A stretch of DNA of 64,000 bases from Veleropilina oligotropha (Eukaryota). Where the stretch lies: NCBI GenBank assembly GCA_048128005.1, contig JBEUKZ010000066.1, forward strand, positions 248,001-312,000. The letters are read 5' to 3'. This document shows positions 1 through 15,300 of the stretch, in pieces (position 1 is the first letter of the stretch; every line of letters starts with the position of its first letter). The position numbers and the translations under genes were made by a program. The notes below the pieces were generated by a model. The model saw only the letters and a program-made list of their open reading frames with translations, was not told the origin of the DNA and did not search any database.

Positions 1-1304
1 ATGTCTAGGTCTTTAAAGGTCAAATATGGCAGTCATAAAATCGTATATTCGTACTAAAATTATGATTATATAAACATTAAATATATGCTAAGCCAATTAA
101 AACAAAAAATATTGAAATTACACCAAAATACTATTGTTTAAAATTGTCACAAAGTTGGGCATGTCCAGTGAAACTTTCTTCGTGCCCTGTGACCTTGCAA
201 GAGATTATGACCACAAAACCATCCAAAATATGCCATAATCATGACAGCTCGTGCTAGGACAATTAGTGGGAAGATCGCGATAACTCGTGCCACATTCAAT
301 AGGACTTATGTCATTGCGAATAAAAATCACACAAGAGTAAAAACGTATTTTACGGCAGCTTTGATAATCAAATAAGTACATTACACATAAATGCATTTCC
401 ATTAGCATTCATAAGTATACTATTCTATGCTGATAATCTTCACACAAATTGCTCTGAACTCAGGGAATTTTCCTACCACGATTTTGTTTTCACACGAGCT
501 TCACCAACCAACCAACCAATCAATCTGTCAATCATTGTTATGACCGGCATACTGGCGATTACCTAATTATAGACTTTCCTCACCACATTCGATGGCCGTG
601 ATATGTATTTAATTATAAAGAACATCTAAACATTGTTTTTCGACGACAAATTTTTCAGAAAGTGTTTATTTGAATATTAGATAACATAAAACGATGGAAT
701 GACTAATTTTATGTCCCACTGCCGTATTTGACCGTTAAGCCTAGTTGTTAAACTGCTTTCCCTGCTATGTTGTCAACGACGACTCATAAATGATATGTTT
801 ACTAGTAAATTGACGATGATTTAATTTCGGTCGGTTAGCTTTATCACCACATTTTTTCAGTGCATATTGTTCGTAATCTATTGGTTTAAAGTCTCTTTTC
901 AATGGGTGGATTATGAAGTCATTTCTATCATTACAGTACTAATATTATATGTCAAATAAAGGGATCATTATACATATGTATAATAGAATTTCACATATGT
1001 GAAATAGTTGTCCTATAGATGACCACCACGAGAATACAATGATTACTCCCATGTACCTTTGCCACCATTTGAAATGGACGAGATAATTAATGTTGTCGGG
1101 GAAGCGTTGGATGCAAAGGGATACGCCCTTGGTTTGGACAGCGAACCAGATTTCTCCCTACTTATCAAACACACCGAGAAATTGCTCTAAATAATAAAAC
1201 TTTATCAACTCCAGCTGCCGTAATCAGTTTCAGTGAAAGTGGTGCATGCATGTCTCGCGAGATCGGGGATCCCTCATTTTATTCCAAATTCGGAAACATC
1301 GGTT

Positions 1305-1630
1305 TATTTCACATATATGTGAAAAAGAATAACACATATATATGTAAAATAAATGTTTTTTTAACATAATTTTACATATATTGAAAAGAATTGCACATAT
1401 GGTAAATAAAAGTTTATTTCACATGTGTAAATTATTTCACATATGTGTAAATTATTTCACATATGTGAAAAAGAATTTCACATATGTGAAAAAGAATTAC
1501 ACATGTCAAATAAATGGTTATTACACATATGTGAAAAAGAATTATACTGTATAATACATATCTGAAAAAGAATTCTACATATGTGAACAAGAATTTCACA
1601 TATGTAAAATAAATTTCACATATGTATAAT
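1305..1630. repeat. Degenerate tandem array with palindromic TTCACATATGTGAA core
   Basis: Repeated about every 20 bp. Confidence 0.75.
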
Positions 1631-2299
1631 AAATAATAAATGCTAAAACGGCTTGCCATAACTACTTCCCTGCTGGCAAATGGAGAATACTTCCCAGCTT
1701 GCGTCTGGTTAGAGGACGGATTTCACCATTGGCTTATCTTATTATGGACAAAGGTTTAATACTTATTTCTGATTTACTAACCTTAAAATAAATATGACCA
1801 TCAAAACAAAACAAATGAGCACGATTAAAACGGAGTAATAATTCGATAGCTCAACTCCCCATTCTAAAAATTTGGCCAAGCCGTCTCCCATATCTAGGTT
1901 TGTTTATCTTATTATTGAGAGAGTACGATCCGCGAGTAATCGACGGGATTATCTCCCCTATTGCGACGAAAACGTGAGAACCCGGATGTAATGTGTAGCT
2001 CACCTTTTTCTCTCCCACTTGATGTTGGATTGATCCGTCTTTACGACTTAATTAAATGTTATCCAAATAATGGCAGTCATTGATCTCTGTCAATATACGA
2101 TTATTGGTTTCTAATTGACATACTTAGGCCAACAGTCCAACATAACCTGGATTAATTTAATCTGCAAGTTAATCACACATTTTGCTAGTAAACGAGATTT
2201 GTCATTTTGTGCGACTATATTTTCTACGCTAACGAATAAACGCCAAATTGACTTTCTTTTTTATATTAGTGGCATGTTGTGCCAATAACATAACTAAGT

Positions 2300-3128
2300 A
2301 CGGAAGCGTATTTACGTCACCTGTAACGATTAAACTAAATTTTTATTACAATTTAGCTAAATTGCGGGGCCCACGCAAAAGAAAATTTTGACAATCGACA
2401 GCCTGAAACCCCCTCTCCTGCACTCAGACAGGGCAAAAGCGATATTTCAGAACTTTTTATGAACCACCGGCACTCAAATAGCACGAGTCAAATTTTTATT
2501 TTGTCATAATCGAATTGTCCGCGTGGGGGTCGGTGCCACGCGCGCAAGAAAATTTTGACAATTAACGGTGTGAAATCCCCCCTCCTGCATTATTACATTG
2601 CAAAAGCTAATAGCAATACAATTCAACTTGAGTATTTTGGGGTAGGCCTATTTATAATGTTCTGAAAGTCATTTGTATCAGATACATATTATTATAGTAT
2701 GCTTGACCAGCTTTAGGGGGGGGGGGGGGGGGGGGCGTGCGCCAGGTGCGCCCCCCCTGGATCCGCGCCTGATTACAATTTACTAAATTGTTATTACAAT
2801 TTACTAAATTGTTATTACAATTTACTAAATTGTTATTACAATTTACTAAATTGTTATTACAATTTACTAAATTGTTATTACAATTTACTAAATTGTTATT
2901 ACAATTTACTAAATTGTTATTACAATTTGGCTAAATTATTAACAATTTATTAAATTGTTATTATTGTTATAACAATTTAGCTAAATTGTTATAACAATTT
3001 AGTTAAATTGTAATAACAATTTAGTAAATTGTTAAAACAATTTGTAATAACAATTTAGTAAATTGTTAAAACAATTTGTAATAACAATTTAGTTCAGTCG
3101 TTACTGATGTCCTTAATACGCTTCCATA
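2300..3128. mobile_element. Foldback/MITE-like element with internal 21-bp tandem arrays
   Basis: Imperfect TIRs TA(C/T)GGAAGCGTATT; the TTACAATTTACTAAATTGTTA array changes orientation near 2980. Confidence 0.6.
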
Positions 3129-3609
3129 GCTAAGCCTTCATTGCACAATGTCAATATTTTTGGCCAAATTACTAGTATGTAAATTGTAATCCAAATGGCA
3201 AAAGCCACATATCAAGAGATCATTGCTTATTATTAATGGAACAGCATTTAAAGACCTTAGCTAAATTTATTTTACACTTAAAAAAATCTCGGATGCTCAA
3301 AACGATCAATTTATAAATGCTGCCGAATAACCTCGCATGTCCACATATGGAAGGCTGCCTGTTGATGTACCGGTAGTGGATTAGAGGGCGACTCTCCAAT
3401 TCACTCGCTTGCATGCTCTGATTCACAAAAGCGATTTCAAATTATCACATAGGCACCTGGCCAGATAACATGCCATCATAGTGGTCCATAACTGACGTAT
3501 TTTTCCAGGTGGCTGGACTTTCATCCCGCAATAATATGGACAATGATCGACACGTGCAGTCCCAGCTGGTATGATCTATGGGGCGCCGTTGTTCTTTTTA
3601 TTTCTGTTT

Positions 3610-3870
3610 TAGATATCAAGAATTCGAATTTGTGATATCAATAAATCGAATTTTTGATTTCAAGAATTCGAATTTGTGATATCAAGAATTCGATTTCTTG
3701 ATATCAAAAAATCGAATTCTTGACATCACAAATTCGAATTCTTGATATCACAAATTCAATTTCTTGATATCAAGAATTCGAATTTGTGATATCAAGAATT
3801 CAAATTTGTGATATCAAGAAATCGAATTCTTGATATCACAAATTCAAATTCTTCATATCATAAATTCTAA
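3610..3870. repeat. 22-bp array (TTGTGATATCAAGAATTCGAAT) in both orientations
   Basis: Direct and inverted copies visible. Confidence 0.8.
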
Positions 3871-3957
3871 CTTTTATAATGGTAACGTCGAAAAGTGATT
3901 GATTCCTTATTCGTTTCCCGTCAATAACGAAGATAATCGGATTGGAAATGGCGGCCG

Positions 3958-4090
3958 GTGTATTGGTCGCAGCTGTGTCTGTATTGGTCACATGCTGTGT
4001 CTGTATTGGTCGCATGCTGTGTCTGTATTGGTCGCATGCTGTGTCTGTATTGGTCGCATGCTGTGTCTGTATTGGACGCATGTGTCTGTG
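3958..4090. repeat. 22-bp tandem repeat GTATTGGTCGCATGCTGTGTCT, about 5-6 copies
   Basis: Directly visible. Confidence 0.85.
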
Positions 4091-4549
4091 TCTGTTATAG
4101 ACAGGTTTGTTTACAACCATCGAGCGAACAGCGGAGAGGGCAGAGGTCATTTAATTCAAAATATGAAATCGTTTTTCTTGACATCAATGCAAATTAAGAA
4201 TCTTTCACCCATTATATGTTCTTGATGGCAGAAACCGATGTAATAGGTCAGAATATGCTCCCCATCAAAGTATACACTGGTCTAGTCCAGATTATACCCC
4301 TCCAATCATATTGCAAGGAGTTGAGCCGACTAGCGCCCCCGAGCATGCACCGCGCGCAGTGTCGTTTGGCAGAGAACATGAAAGCGCAGGGCCACGTTTC
4401 ACAAAAAATCGTAGACTTAGTCGTAAACGTAATAGAATTTTACGACAATTTTGATTGGCTGTTAAACTTAAACAGCCAATCAAAAATTGTCGAAAGATTC
4501 TATTACGTCTACGATTTTTTGTGAAACGGGGCCCTGGACGTTGCCCGGA

Positions 4550-5195
4550 GTTTAAACTCGCCAAGCCCAGAGGTATAAAACAGCCTTCAGTAGCCTTTAA
4601 TCCACACCGGAAGCCGAGTGGTTAAGAGTGCAGATTCTGAATTCACTCGCTTGACTGCTCTGTCTAATGGAAGTGGGTTCGAATCCGCGGCAGGGCATTT
4701 TGTTCAGTTTAAAGTCACATCTGGCCGTTTTTCCCCTCAATAACATGGACATGTCTGATATCACCTTGAAGGTAACAATGGTTAAATACGGAACATTAAG
4801 AATCAATCCAAACACAATTAAATCAGTGTTACATAGAAGTCAGTTGTTAAACCAATCTGGTTTGATTTGGTTTGAAAGTTTAACAGCCACTTTGGACATT
4901 ATTTTGGTTGTATCTCATTTTTCAATTACACACAGTTTACGTCTCTTTCTGATCTGATGGATGCTGTGTGTAATGGAGATAATTCCTGACCCATCGGTCA
5001 CACCACTCCCTAATCAATGTAGTATAATTAGCACATCAACGTTTAAACTCGACAAGCCCAGAGGTATAAAACAGGCTTCAGTAGCCTTTAATCCACACAG
5101 GAAGCCGAGTGGTTAAGAGTGCAGATTCTGAATTCAATCGCTTGACTGCTCTGTCTGTGGGTTCGAATCCACGGCAGGGCATTTTGTTCAGTTCA
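4550..5195 (+). mobile_element. Two near-identical tRNA-derived SINE heads with shared upstream flank (about 4550-4710 and 5041-5192)
   Basis: A-box GCCGAGTGGTTAAG and B-box GGTTCGAATCC; related copies at about 22750-23015, 28000-28180 and 37400-37570. Confidence 0.65.
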
Positions 5196-6311
5196 CATGT
5201 GCAATGGAAATATTCATGATGCAAATGTTTCATCGACTTCCTCGTGCATTTATCAACTGTGATGGCTCAAACTGAGATCAGTGGTTCACTTAACATAGAT
5301 GCACCAGTCATGTTTGTCAACATCAATATATCTAATGAGATTGGGCGATGCATCCAAAACTACAAGCATTTTCCCAGGAGAAAATCAAAATTGTCATGCA
5401 CACAATAAGACATATATTATAACCGGTGACGTTACAGGACACATATATTCGGGCTGCATGTCCAACAGTGCCGAATATTATCTTGCATAAATAAGAAAGG
5501 AATGGAAACCACGTAATTTCAGAAATATACACATTTTATATAACATTAAATATTCACAGATGATATGTATAATATAAAATGCTTTTATATATTCGTCCTT
5601 ACATAATAACCATTAAAATTAAATAGTACATACACAATAACAAAAAAGAAGAGAGATATGTACACTATGTATTAAACGATAACATTTAACGAAGACTGGC
5701 ATCCACAACACACTACTGAAAATAAGTAATTAAATAATTATTATGTAAAATGGAGTGAAGTAAAGTAGAGTAAACACTAACTTTTATCAAGCAATTCATG
5801 TAATCTTTTAACAAAACCACAATTTCAATAAGAATATCAATCACAGATGTGTAATACAAACCTATTGAATAATATTTTACAACAAATTGCTTTGACATAT
5901 AAAATGTTGAATACAAATGTATTCCTTCTGATAATCGAAGAACTCCATACTTTTATCGATACCATTTAATTGCATGAAAGAACTACTTCCAAATAATTCT
6001 ACTAGACATAAAACGATGTCTCAAAACAATTGCTTGATTGCTAATTCTGCTTCAAACCCCAGAATAATTCCATACAACCTGTGTGACATATGTAGCTTAT
6101 GACAATCTGTTGTTGCTGTAGGATAAAGTATCACAAACAAATCTATGCCAATGCAATATGAACACTAGGTTTTCAACGAGGACTTGAGGTTTTGACATAA
6201 AGTAACATGTGTCGTTTTAAGATGAATTATATTTTTAAGTCATTCCAACTACACCTGCAAATGCAAACATTGCTGCAGTATAAAGAAACTCTTTCTTTAT
6301 ATCCAATATAA

Positions 6312-9300
6312 TTATAACTGGGGATTCCCAAAACCAACTTCTCTTTGGAGGTTATGAATTTCCTCCAGAAGGACGTCATCTTGCAGATTAACCTGAAACA
6401 AAAGACAAGACCTCGTAAATGTACATAATATACCTTCATATTTTGATGAGTATACAATATATTTATAGATACCAGTAATATGGATTAATTATATTGAACT
6501 ATCATAACTGAGAACCAAATTTTGAAACAAATAATTAACACACAGCTGTTATAACATGATTTGTTATGGATATTTTGTTCAATAATAAAAGACATGCGAT
6601 ACTGAAAGATGTTGCTACATGACTGATTAAGATCATTCAGCAACAGAAAGTGGTCTAGATCATAACATTTGAATAAGATATGCCACACTTTCTGGTATAC
6701 ATAAATGCAACTACTGTGGACATGACTAAAACAAACAACTCCTAGGCTAGAATTCTGCATAGATATTTCTTAGAGTACATAACTAATAATTATTAAAAAA
6801 TCCCATGTTACACAGACATTGGAGTTAGGTAATAAAACAGAGCTAGGTAATAAAACAGAGCTTGCCAAAAAATACTATATGTATTTGAAATTTCAGAAAT
6901 AATGGATGATGAGACACCTACCTTCACCGCGTACTTGTACGCCTGCTCGGCCTCCAGTTGTCTGCCTGTCTGCAAACACACGAGCGCCAGGTAGCCCCAC
7001 ACCTCTGGGTCGCTGTTATTGAGAATGTTTGCTTCCGACAAGGCGTCTTCAGCTTCGGATAACTCACCCAGCTGTAAAATGCAACAAATCAATTTGCCAC
7101 TTTGGAAAAGCTTTCAATCATTAATACCTACTTCAGGGTCATATCAGATGACATCATGGGAGGAAATTCTGGGAAAACCTGCCTTCAGCGATCAGTTTTG
7201 GACAACTTTGACTGTTAGTTGAACAATTTTAATAGTGCCCAAGCAAAGATTCAACCCTCTCCTATTAGATAGAACAATCGGGCCAGTGAATTGAGATCAA
7301 CGCTCGTGACCGTACACGACAGGTGTCAATCTGTATAAAGTACAATACATGTACATGTACAAGTAAATTAGATGTTTCGTATGCGTATCGAGATCAAACA
7401 CCGCATAAATATAGATGCGCTATAGTGGTATCATGCAAATGTACCTAGAATTCGCTCACAAATCCTGTATAACAATCTGACAGTAAAACACATCAAAGCC
7501 ACAACCAGGATACACTTACCCTAAAGCAGGCAATGCCAACCCCTAACCAGGAAACACAGGATGGAGATTTCTTACATGCTAGCAGAAAGGTGTTTTTAGC
7601 ATCTTTAAACTGAAAGATAAACTTTCATATTTAAGAATGTTTTATATGCATTATACCATATGTAGTACATGAATAACCAATCAAACAGAAAATATACATG
7701 TACAAATACATTTCAGATTTTTATGTTTAAAATGTATTTTGTTTTCTAGGGCATCACAATTTTAAGAATTATTTAATATACATTTTCTATTACATTAAAT
7801 CTCAATTTGAATGTTTATATTCAACAACTGTCATAAGAATTGGCAGATAACAGACAATCAAGACATTCAATCTGCTTTAAATATTCCGCAGGAAAGAAAC
7901 CCAATCACGCAAACACTGCTCAAATTCACATAACAAGAGCTAAAGCTCGAAATGGCTTGCATGCGTGGAAATGCGCATCAATCATTTATATTTCATAAGT
8001 ATTATGAGCGAAATTTTCTAATTTCTAAGTCCAAAAGTGGTAATTTATAGGTAAATTTCAATTAAATTAAATGAAACTAGAGTTATCAAATGCGTGACAA
8101 GTAGGTCGCGGTGACCTACTTTCGGTACGCGGCACACCTTTGTGTTATGACGCGTCCACACAGCAAATTTCGTGTTCGGGCCTAGGTCAAATAGTATGGG
8201 AGATATGGAGCGAAGGGAATTTTGGACCAAATGCGGTAAAGGGTGAAACGCAGCTCACAGTGACCTATTTTCAGAACGCGACAAGCCTTTGGGTTATGAC
8301 GCATAGACACATCAAGTTTCGTGTCCCTCGGTCAAATAGTATTGGAGATATTGAGCGGAAGGGAATTTTGGACCAAACATCAAGTTTCTTGTCCCTAGGC
8401 AAAATAGTATCGAATATATGGAGAGGAAGGGAATTTTGGACCAAGTGCGGTAAAGTATGAAAAGTAGGTCGCGGTGACCTACTTTCGGTACACGACATAC
8501 ATTTGGGTTATGATGCATCTACAGATCAAGTTTTGTGTCCATAGGCGAAATGGTATCGGAGATATGGAGTCGAAGAGAATTTGCAACAGACCGACCGACA
8601 GACAAACTGACTCCTATATGCCCCCCTAAACTTTGGGGGCATAATTATTTTCAATATTATTTATTTATGGTCAGATAACAATGAAATAGTGATATCCAAC
8701 ATATAGTAATGCTAAAACATGCATATTGTTGCTTTAATATATAGCATGATTGAGAATCTCTAACCAAAAACTTTAACTTTAAGTCCAAAAGCAGCATTTT
8801 ATGGTGATATTCGATATTATTTATTTAGTGTGAGGTAATGATGAAATAGTGATATCTGACAAAGAACGATGCAAAATTATGGCTATTGTTGGACATATAG
8901 CATGCTTGAGAAACTTGAACCAAAACTTTAACGAAAATTTCTAAGTTCAAAATTGACATTTTATAGTGAAATTTAAATTAAATTAGTTCAATAATATTTA
9001 TTTAGGGACAGGCAACAATGAAATAGTGATATCTAGCACATATAAATGGTAAGACATGCATATTGTTGCTTATATAGCATGATTGAGAAATTTTAACCAA
9101 AAACTTTAACAGGAGAACCAATTGTTGACGCCGGTCGGACGAACGGCCAGACGACATGCTCATTACATAGACTCGCATTTGCATTGCATCAGAGCCAAAA
9201 ATGCATCAGTAGCTTATAGTAAATTAATGTTCCTCTCACCCTGGCTTCCTGCAGGTATATCGACGCGAGCCGAAGGTAGATGGAGTGCATCTCGCTTGCC

Positions 9301-12300
9301 TCTGAGATGAAGGACAGCGTTCTCTCGTAGCACTCCTGAGCTCCTTCTGAATCACCGGTCAGATACTTGACATGACCCATCATCGACCAGGAGTCTGGAT
9401 TCTGAAGGACACAGGCAATATATAGAAAAACCAATATTAAAGAGTGATATATCAGTAACAATTTAGAGTACTACCCATGCCAACAAGAGTGAAACTACCT
9501 ATGCCATATGGTTGCACTGACAACAATTCTGGGTCACTATATGTACCAAAATGTAATCAATTAGTTCTTAGCCAAAGGCCAACACGTTCACAATATTTCA
9601 TCAAGATCCATCAACAACTAAATTTTAGAGTAATCATTTCTACAAAGAAATAAATAAATGCCACGAAAAACATAACCATTGGCGAAGGTATATGATATTA
9701 AGAGGTAATTTAAAAAAAGATACAGTTCTTATTCACTATTAAAATAACTCAAGAAATCTTTTTCTAGTATAAAGATTAGTACAATAATATGTCATAAAGT
9801 GAATTATTCTGGAGACTTTTTACTGTACATATGATTAATTAAATGTGAATATACAATCTATTAGCACCTCACCTGATGGTCACACTGTAGAGCCTCATTT
9901 AGATTATCCACGGCGTCGGTGAATTCTCTCTTTTGCAGGTTCGCTCGGGCCAACGATAAATAAAACGTGGCTGATGGGCCACCCATAGGAGACAAGAGTT
10001 CATGTGCCAGAGCTCGCTCTGTGAACTGTAATAAAACATAGACAATGATAAATGATAATCAATTTTCATAAGAGTCTCAAATGTTTATACCAATTTGAAA
10101 ATTTGATTAAGCACCAATTTAATGATACCCATTGTACTAGCATATTCAAAATATAGCTTTGATCTTTGTCTTGTGTTCCCTACTCGCGATTCGTATGCAT
10201 GTGCTTCATGGAGCTTAGCAAAGATGAAGAAGCACATGTATGCACACGAATCGCGAGTAGGGATGTGCTTCATGGAGCTTAGCAAAGATGAAGAATCACA
10301 TGTATGCACACGAATCGCGAGTAGGGATGTGCTTCATGGAGCTTAGCAAAGATGAAGAATCACATGTATGCACACGAATCGCGAGTAGGGATGTGCTTCA
10401 TGGAGCTTAGCAAAGATGAAGAAGCACATGACATGCTAACCATAGTACAAGACTTTTATACCTTTCTAAAATATATTAAGAAAAGTATGCTTTTGTTACA
10501 AAAAGGGAATGTTTCATGTCCACAATTGATATGTGTCATTAAGTAGCTTCGCATCATTTACATCAATAGAATATTCTTCGACCTAAAAGCATGAATACCG
10601 TTGAAATAAACAACAATCCCTGAATGCGGTCTCTTTATGTTCCAATCTCTATTGTACAGACTTTTATTTTGGTTACATATAATGATTATTTCCCACACAA
10701 GTCTATAGAGATTGCCTTTCTTGCTCGGTATTATCAGATCTACTTACTGGAATGGCCTTCACTTCCAGCAGCCATGACACAGCCTGCATGAACACGCTTG
10801 ATGTTGGGATGGGAGTGGGTTCTCTAGGTGGAATGTCCTCTGGATCATCAGCCGGCTGGGGGGTAACACGGTAACTGCCGGCCACATGCTGACGACTGCC
10901 TGGGCGAGATGTGTTCTTCCCTGTAATAACGGCAGACGACACTGAAAAAAGGTGAGAAAATGATACTAATACAATATACACACCTCATAGGGATTTTAAT
11001 ATATTAATTCACAAATCAAAATCATTCAGTGGGAGTCATTCAATCCATTCTTTTAAGGTAACTACTAAACATAAATTTTCTATTATTAATTAAAACGTTT
11101 GATTTCTCTGACATTGATTAAATACACGTCGTACCTGACATCCTCTTGCTGTGGGCAGATAGTCTTTTCTCTGACAATTTCTGCCCGGACCGAGCCGATG
11201 TCGGCGGTTTGTCGCTCGCCGGAGGAGTCGGATGAACATTGGAACCAGCAAGTCCACCCTCATTGGAGATGGATAAGGAAATATCTGGAAAATACCAAAA
11301 GACATAGTATTTATCATTATGCTCACTGACAACAAGCACATTATTAGACATAGCAGGTCTAACATAAGCATCCTGTTCATTTACAATCTTCAAGTTTAAA
11401 CCAGGACAGGTCTATATTATCGCGAGAGGAAAACACATCCTCTCCGGCAAGTTACAGACAACTGTGATTGGTAACTGAACAAAGAATGCCATTGCCCCAA
11501 CCGAGATTCAAACACATTTCATAATCAGCACTCGAGATCACACGGCTACCAGAACTATGATGATGCTGTGGTTGCTTGTAGTTTATAGTTATCATTTCTT
11601 CTACAAATGTTTGCATTAGATCAACCGTTGTTTTACGACAACTTTTAACTATTTTTCAGCATTTGAAGGTTTTGATCACTGGTTCAACTATGAAGATCAG
11701 ACATTCTTTGTCTACATCAGATGATCACCCGATGTTATCTAAAAACGGCATGAACAGGCTGAACGTTGCTTAACTTTGTTGATCTGACAAGAAATGGTAC
11801 GCTCAACTTGACTTTGCCTTGGTTAAAATATATTTTATTTATGTTCTAAAGTCCAGGTTCGTGGTAGTTACCAGCTTTTCCCGCCTCAGTCGCCATATCA
11901 TCAGCATCGGTCGATGTGTCATCTTTAGAAGGCTTAGCCAAGCCAACCGCTGCTGCCTGGTTTAGTTTATTTGCCTCTAGATATGCCATCTCAGCTCCAA
12001 TGTCATTGTTCACAGCATCATAAAAGAGACCTTGAAGAAAATGAGGTAAATTTATTACCGTAAAACATGACCATGATCAGCAAAGTATACATTTTATAAT
12101 GATAGTCATACCTACTTTAAGCAGGGTTTGTACACATGTTCTCTTGCAAAATTCCATGACTTTTTCATGGCTGTTAAGACTTTGTCAGTCTGCAGCACAT
12201 GTCAAAACAAATCGTATACGAAAAGGGCATTTATCATAAATATCAACGAAGGATTTACGAAAATTACGAAAATATCGAAATAAGAAAGAAATTGATAATT

Positions 12301-15300
12301 TAAGACCCAGTTACAATTAAGGTTGTGACAAAACAACAATATAAGTTATTTACTATCTTTATTACAGAGCTTCTAAAATATCATTTTCCATGACTTTTTC
12401 CCTGACCATGTTAAATAAGTAGGCATTTTCCAAGTTTTCCAGGCCTGGATTTTTAAATATCAAATTCCATGACTTTTCCAGGATTCCATGACCCGTACGA
12501 ACCCTGTCTAAGTATGGGATAAACTACTCGATAGCGTTCAATAGTTCAGAGAATACACTCATGTCGAGGGCCATGAGGGGTTTATTCTCTGAACTATTCA
12601 GCGCTATCGAGTAGTTTATGTCACTTAAAACATTCCACTATTGAACAATAGCCCATTCCCCACTGTGTGCCTCTATTGAAGTTAACTGGAGTGAAATAGT
12701 TGAATAGGGTCTTTAATTGGATGGATTAGTTGAATGAGTCCTTAATTGGAGTGTATTAGTTGAATGCCCTGAAAATAATGCACTGCTGGTAAAGCTATGT
12801 TCTTTGATCGAATAAACAACTTCACAGAAGAATAGATGATGTTACAGAAATGTTTTAATTATTACTATAATACTAAATGATTTTTGTTGAACAAAATCTA
12901 ATATACTGTAAGTAGAATCTTTATAGTACATACAATGAAAATATTTGGTGCAATTTCATTTACTTGATCACCAACAAAGTTTCTTAAGAACTATATAGGT
13001 ACTGTAATACAATAATGAATGCTCAGTCACGAGTGACCGCATAATGACCTGGTAATGACCTGTCTAGAGCGATCACAAGGAATTATGCTTTAAAATCCAA
13101 GATGGAGGCCACAGCGGCCATCTTGGATGTTGGACCACACCTGAAATCTATAAGTGTTGTGTCCTCGCCACAACCAATGCACATATCAAATTTGAAAACT
13201 TTCCATTAAGAAATGATCTGTCTGAAGTGATCACAAGCAATTATGGTGGCTGTGGCGGCCATCTTTGAGGTCGGACCACACCCAAATTCTATAGGTATCA
13301 TGTTCTCGCCCCAACCAATGCACATACCAAATGAAAACATTCCATTAAGAAATGGCTGTCTAAAGCGATCACAAGAAATTAGGCTTTAAAATCCAAGCTG
13401 GTGACCACAGTGGCCATCTTGGAGGTAGGACCACACCCAAAATATATTGGTGTTGTGTCCCCGCACCAACCAACGCACATACCAAATTTGAAAACATTTT
13501 GTTACGAAATGGCCTGTCTAGAGCGATCATGAGGAATCTCTCGGCGGACGCGGCATAATGGACGATAAACCATAGTATCCCCCGATACTTTTGTTTCGGG
13601 GGATACAATTAGTATTATGAAATATTTTACCAGAAATATAACTTAAACGTACCTAACATTGTCCAAGCTAAAATGCTCTTCGGATCCACACAAGTAGCTG
13701 CCTCAAAAAATGTTTCCGCTGTCTCATTGCGTTCAGTAATAGTGGACACCACGCCATATAAGAGCAGCCTGCAACAACAGGAAGGCAAAACAATGGAGTG
13801 AACAATGACAGTTGAAAGTAATTATTATTTGTTGAAATTCATTGATGTTGCTGGAAGAATTTACATCGTTTTCATTAAAGGAATGTCACTGTGTGGAGTG
13901 CAACATCGGAAATGTCCACTCACCCATGAAGATGCTTCTGATCTATAGCAATGCACTCTTTGAAACATTCCTCAGCCTAGAAAAAAATATGTATACATGT
14001 ATTTAAAATTATTAATATTATTAATGTTACATATCTAACATCCATCAGATTATGTTTCATGCGCAATTGACAGCAAATGCGGAATATACCTCTATCGCAT
14101 AATGATAAACCTTTTTATTACTGGATATACTGTAATGATTAAAATGATTCAAAATTTACAAAAATTCTGCTTTAAGCGTATTTCCGATAAAATGCGTTAT
14201 TGCATGGTATATCTGCCACATTGTAAAAATATGACACTAGACAAAACATAGTTTTTGCATTACATTAGTGGATTATCTATCTATTTCCATCCCAGGAGGG
14301 TTATAATTGAACTTTAAAGTTACCTTTGTCAGATCATTGATATACAGGCAGAACGTTCCGTAATCGAACCAGTGATCAGCAGAGTTCTTATGGCGAGCAA
14401 TTCTCTGAAACAAAATCAAGCACCCGATGAACATTCAAATTACATGATCATTGTGTATATAAATAAACTGAAGTGCTTGCATGTGTATATGTGAGTGGTT
14501 GTGACTTTGTTATTGCTGGGCTACAGTAGTCCCAGGTTATTGTTAGTCTTCATATAACATGGAACAAAATTTCAAACATTGTATTGCAAAATCAAAGAAC
14601 ACGTTTTTGTGTCATTATATTATGAATACTAGACTAAGTATATTTTAATAATTGAAAGTTCTGAAATACTGTTTAGTTTTACTTTTCATACAAGATTCAC
14701 TTCACCTGTCATTTCAAACGATTTCATCCTAAAATGTATATACATATTTAAAATAAATTGTTAAACATAAAAAGGATGCGATTCATGCATGCACCATACC
14801 TCCTGGTAGTACTTGGCTGCGAGGTCGTAGTTCTCGTTAACCTCGGCTTCACGAGCGAAGTGCTTCAGCTGAGCGGAGTCAGTGAGAGGCTCCGGGATGG
14901 GCGCCTGGTCTTCTAGGGCCAACTGTTGCCCCAGTGCCACATGCATCTGGTCAACGAGGTACACGTAGAGCTCGCTGAGAAACATCTGGAACAGGTAAAG
15001 ACAACTTAACCACACATGAATCTCGTGCAGAAACATACGGAAAGAGTCAATCACACAGAGATTGGTTTGGATTGATGCTTAATGTCCTGTATTTATTTAT
15101 AAACTTCAGGTGCAAATCAGGACATATCATCACGGGAAGCAAGGCGATCACTTGGAGAACCCCACCCTCTCCGACAAGTTATGGACAACTGTAATTGGTA
15201 ACTAGACAAAGAATGTCAATGCCCCAGTAGCTCGCTCGGAAACATCTGCCACAGACAAAGACAAAAATACATGGATCTTGTTTAGAAACATCTGGAACAA

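Noticed and set aside
4610..4700. Functional tRNA gene
   Set aside because: A/B boxes are present but I found no clean cloverleaf; dispersed diverged copies indicate a SINE.
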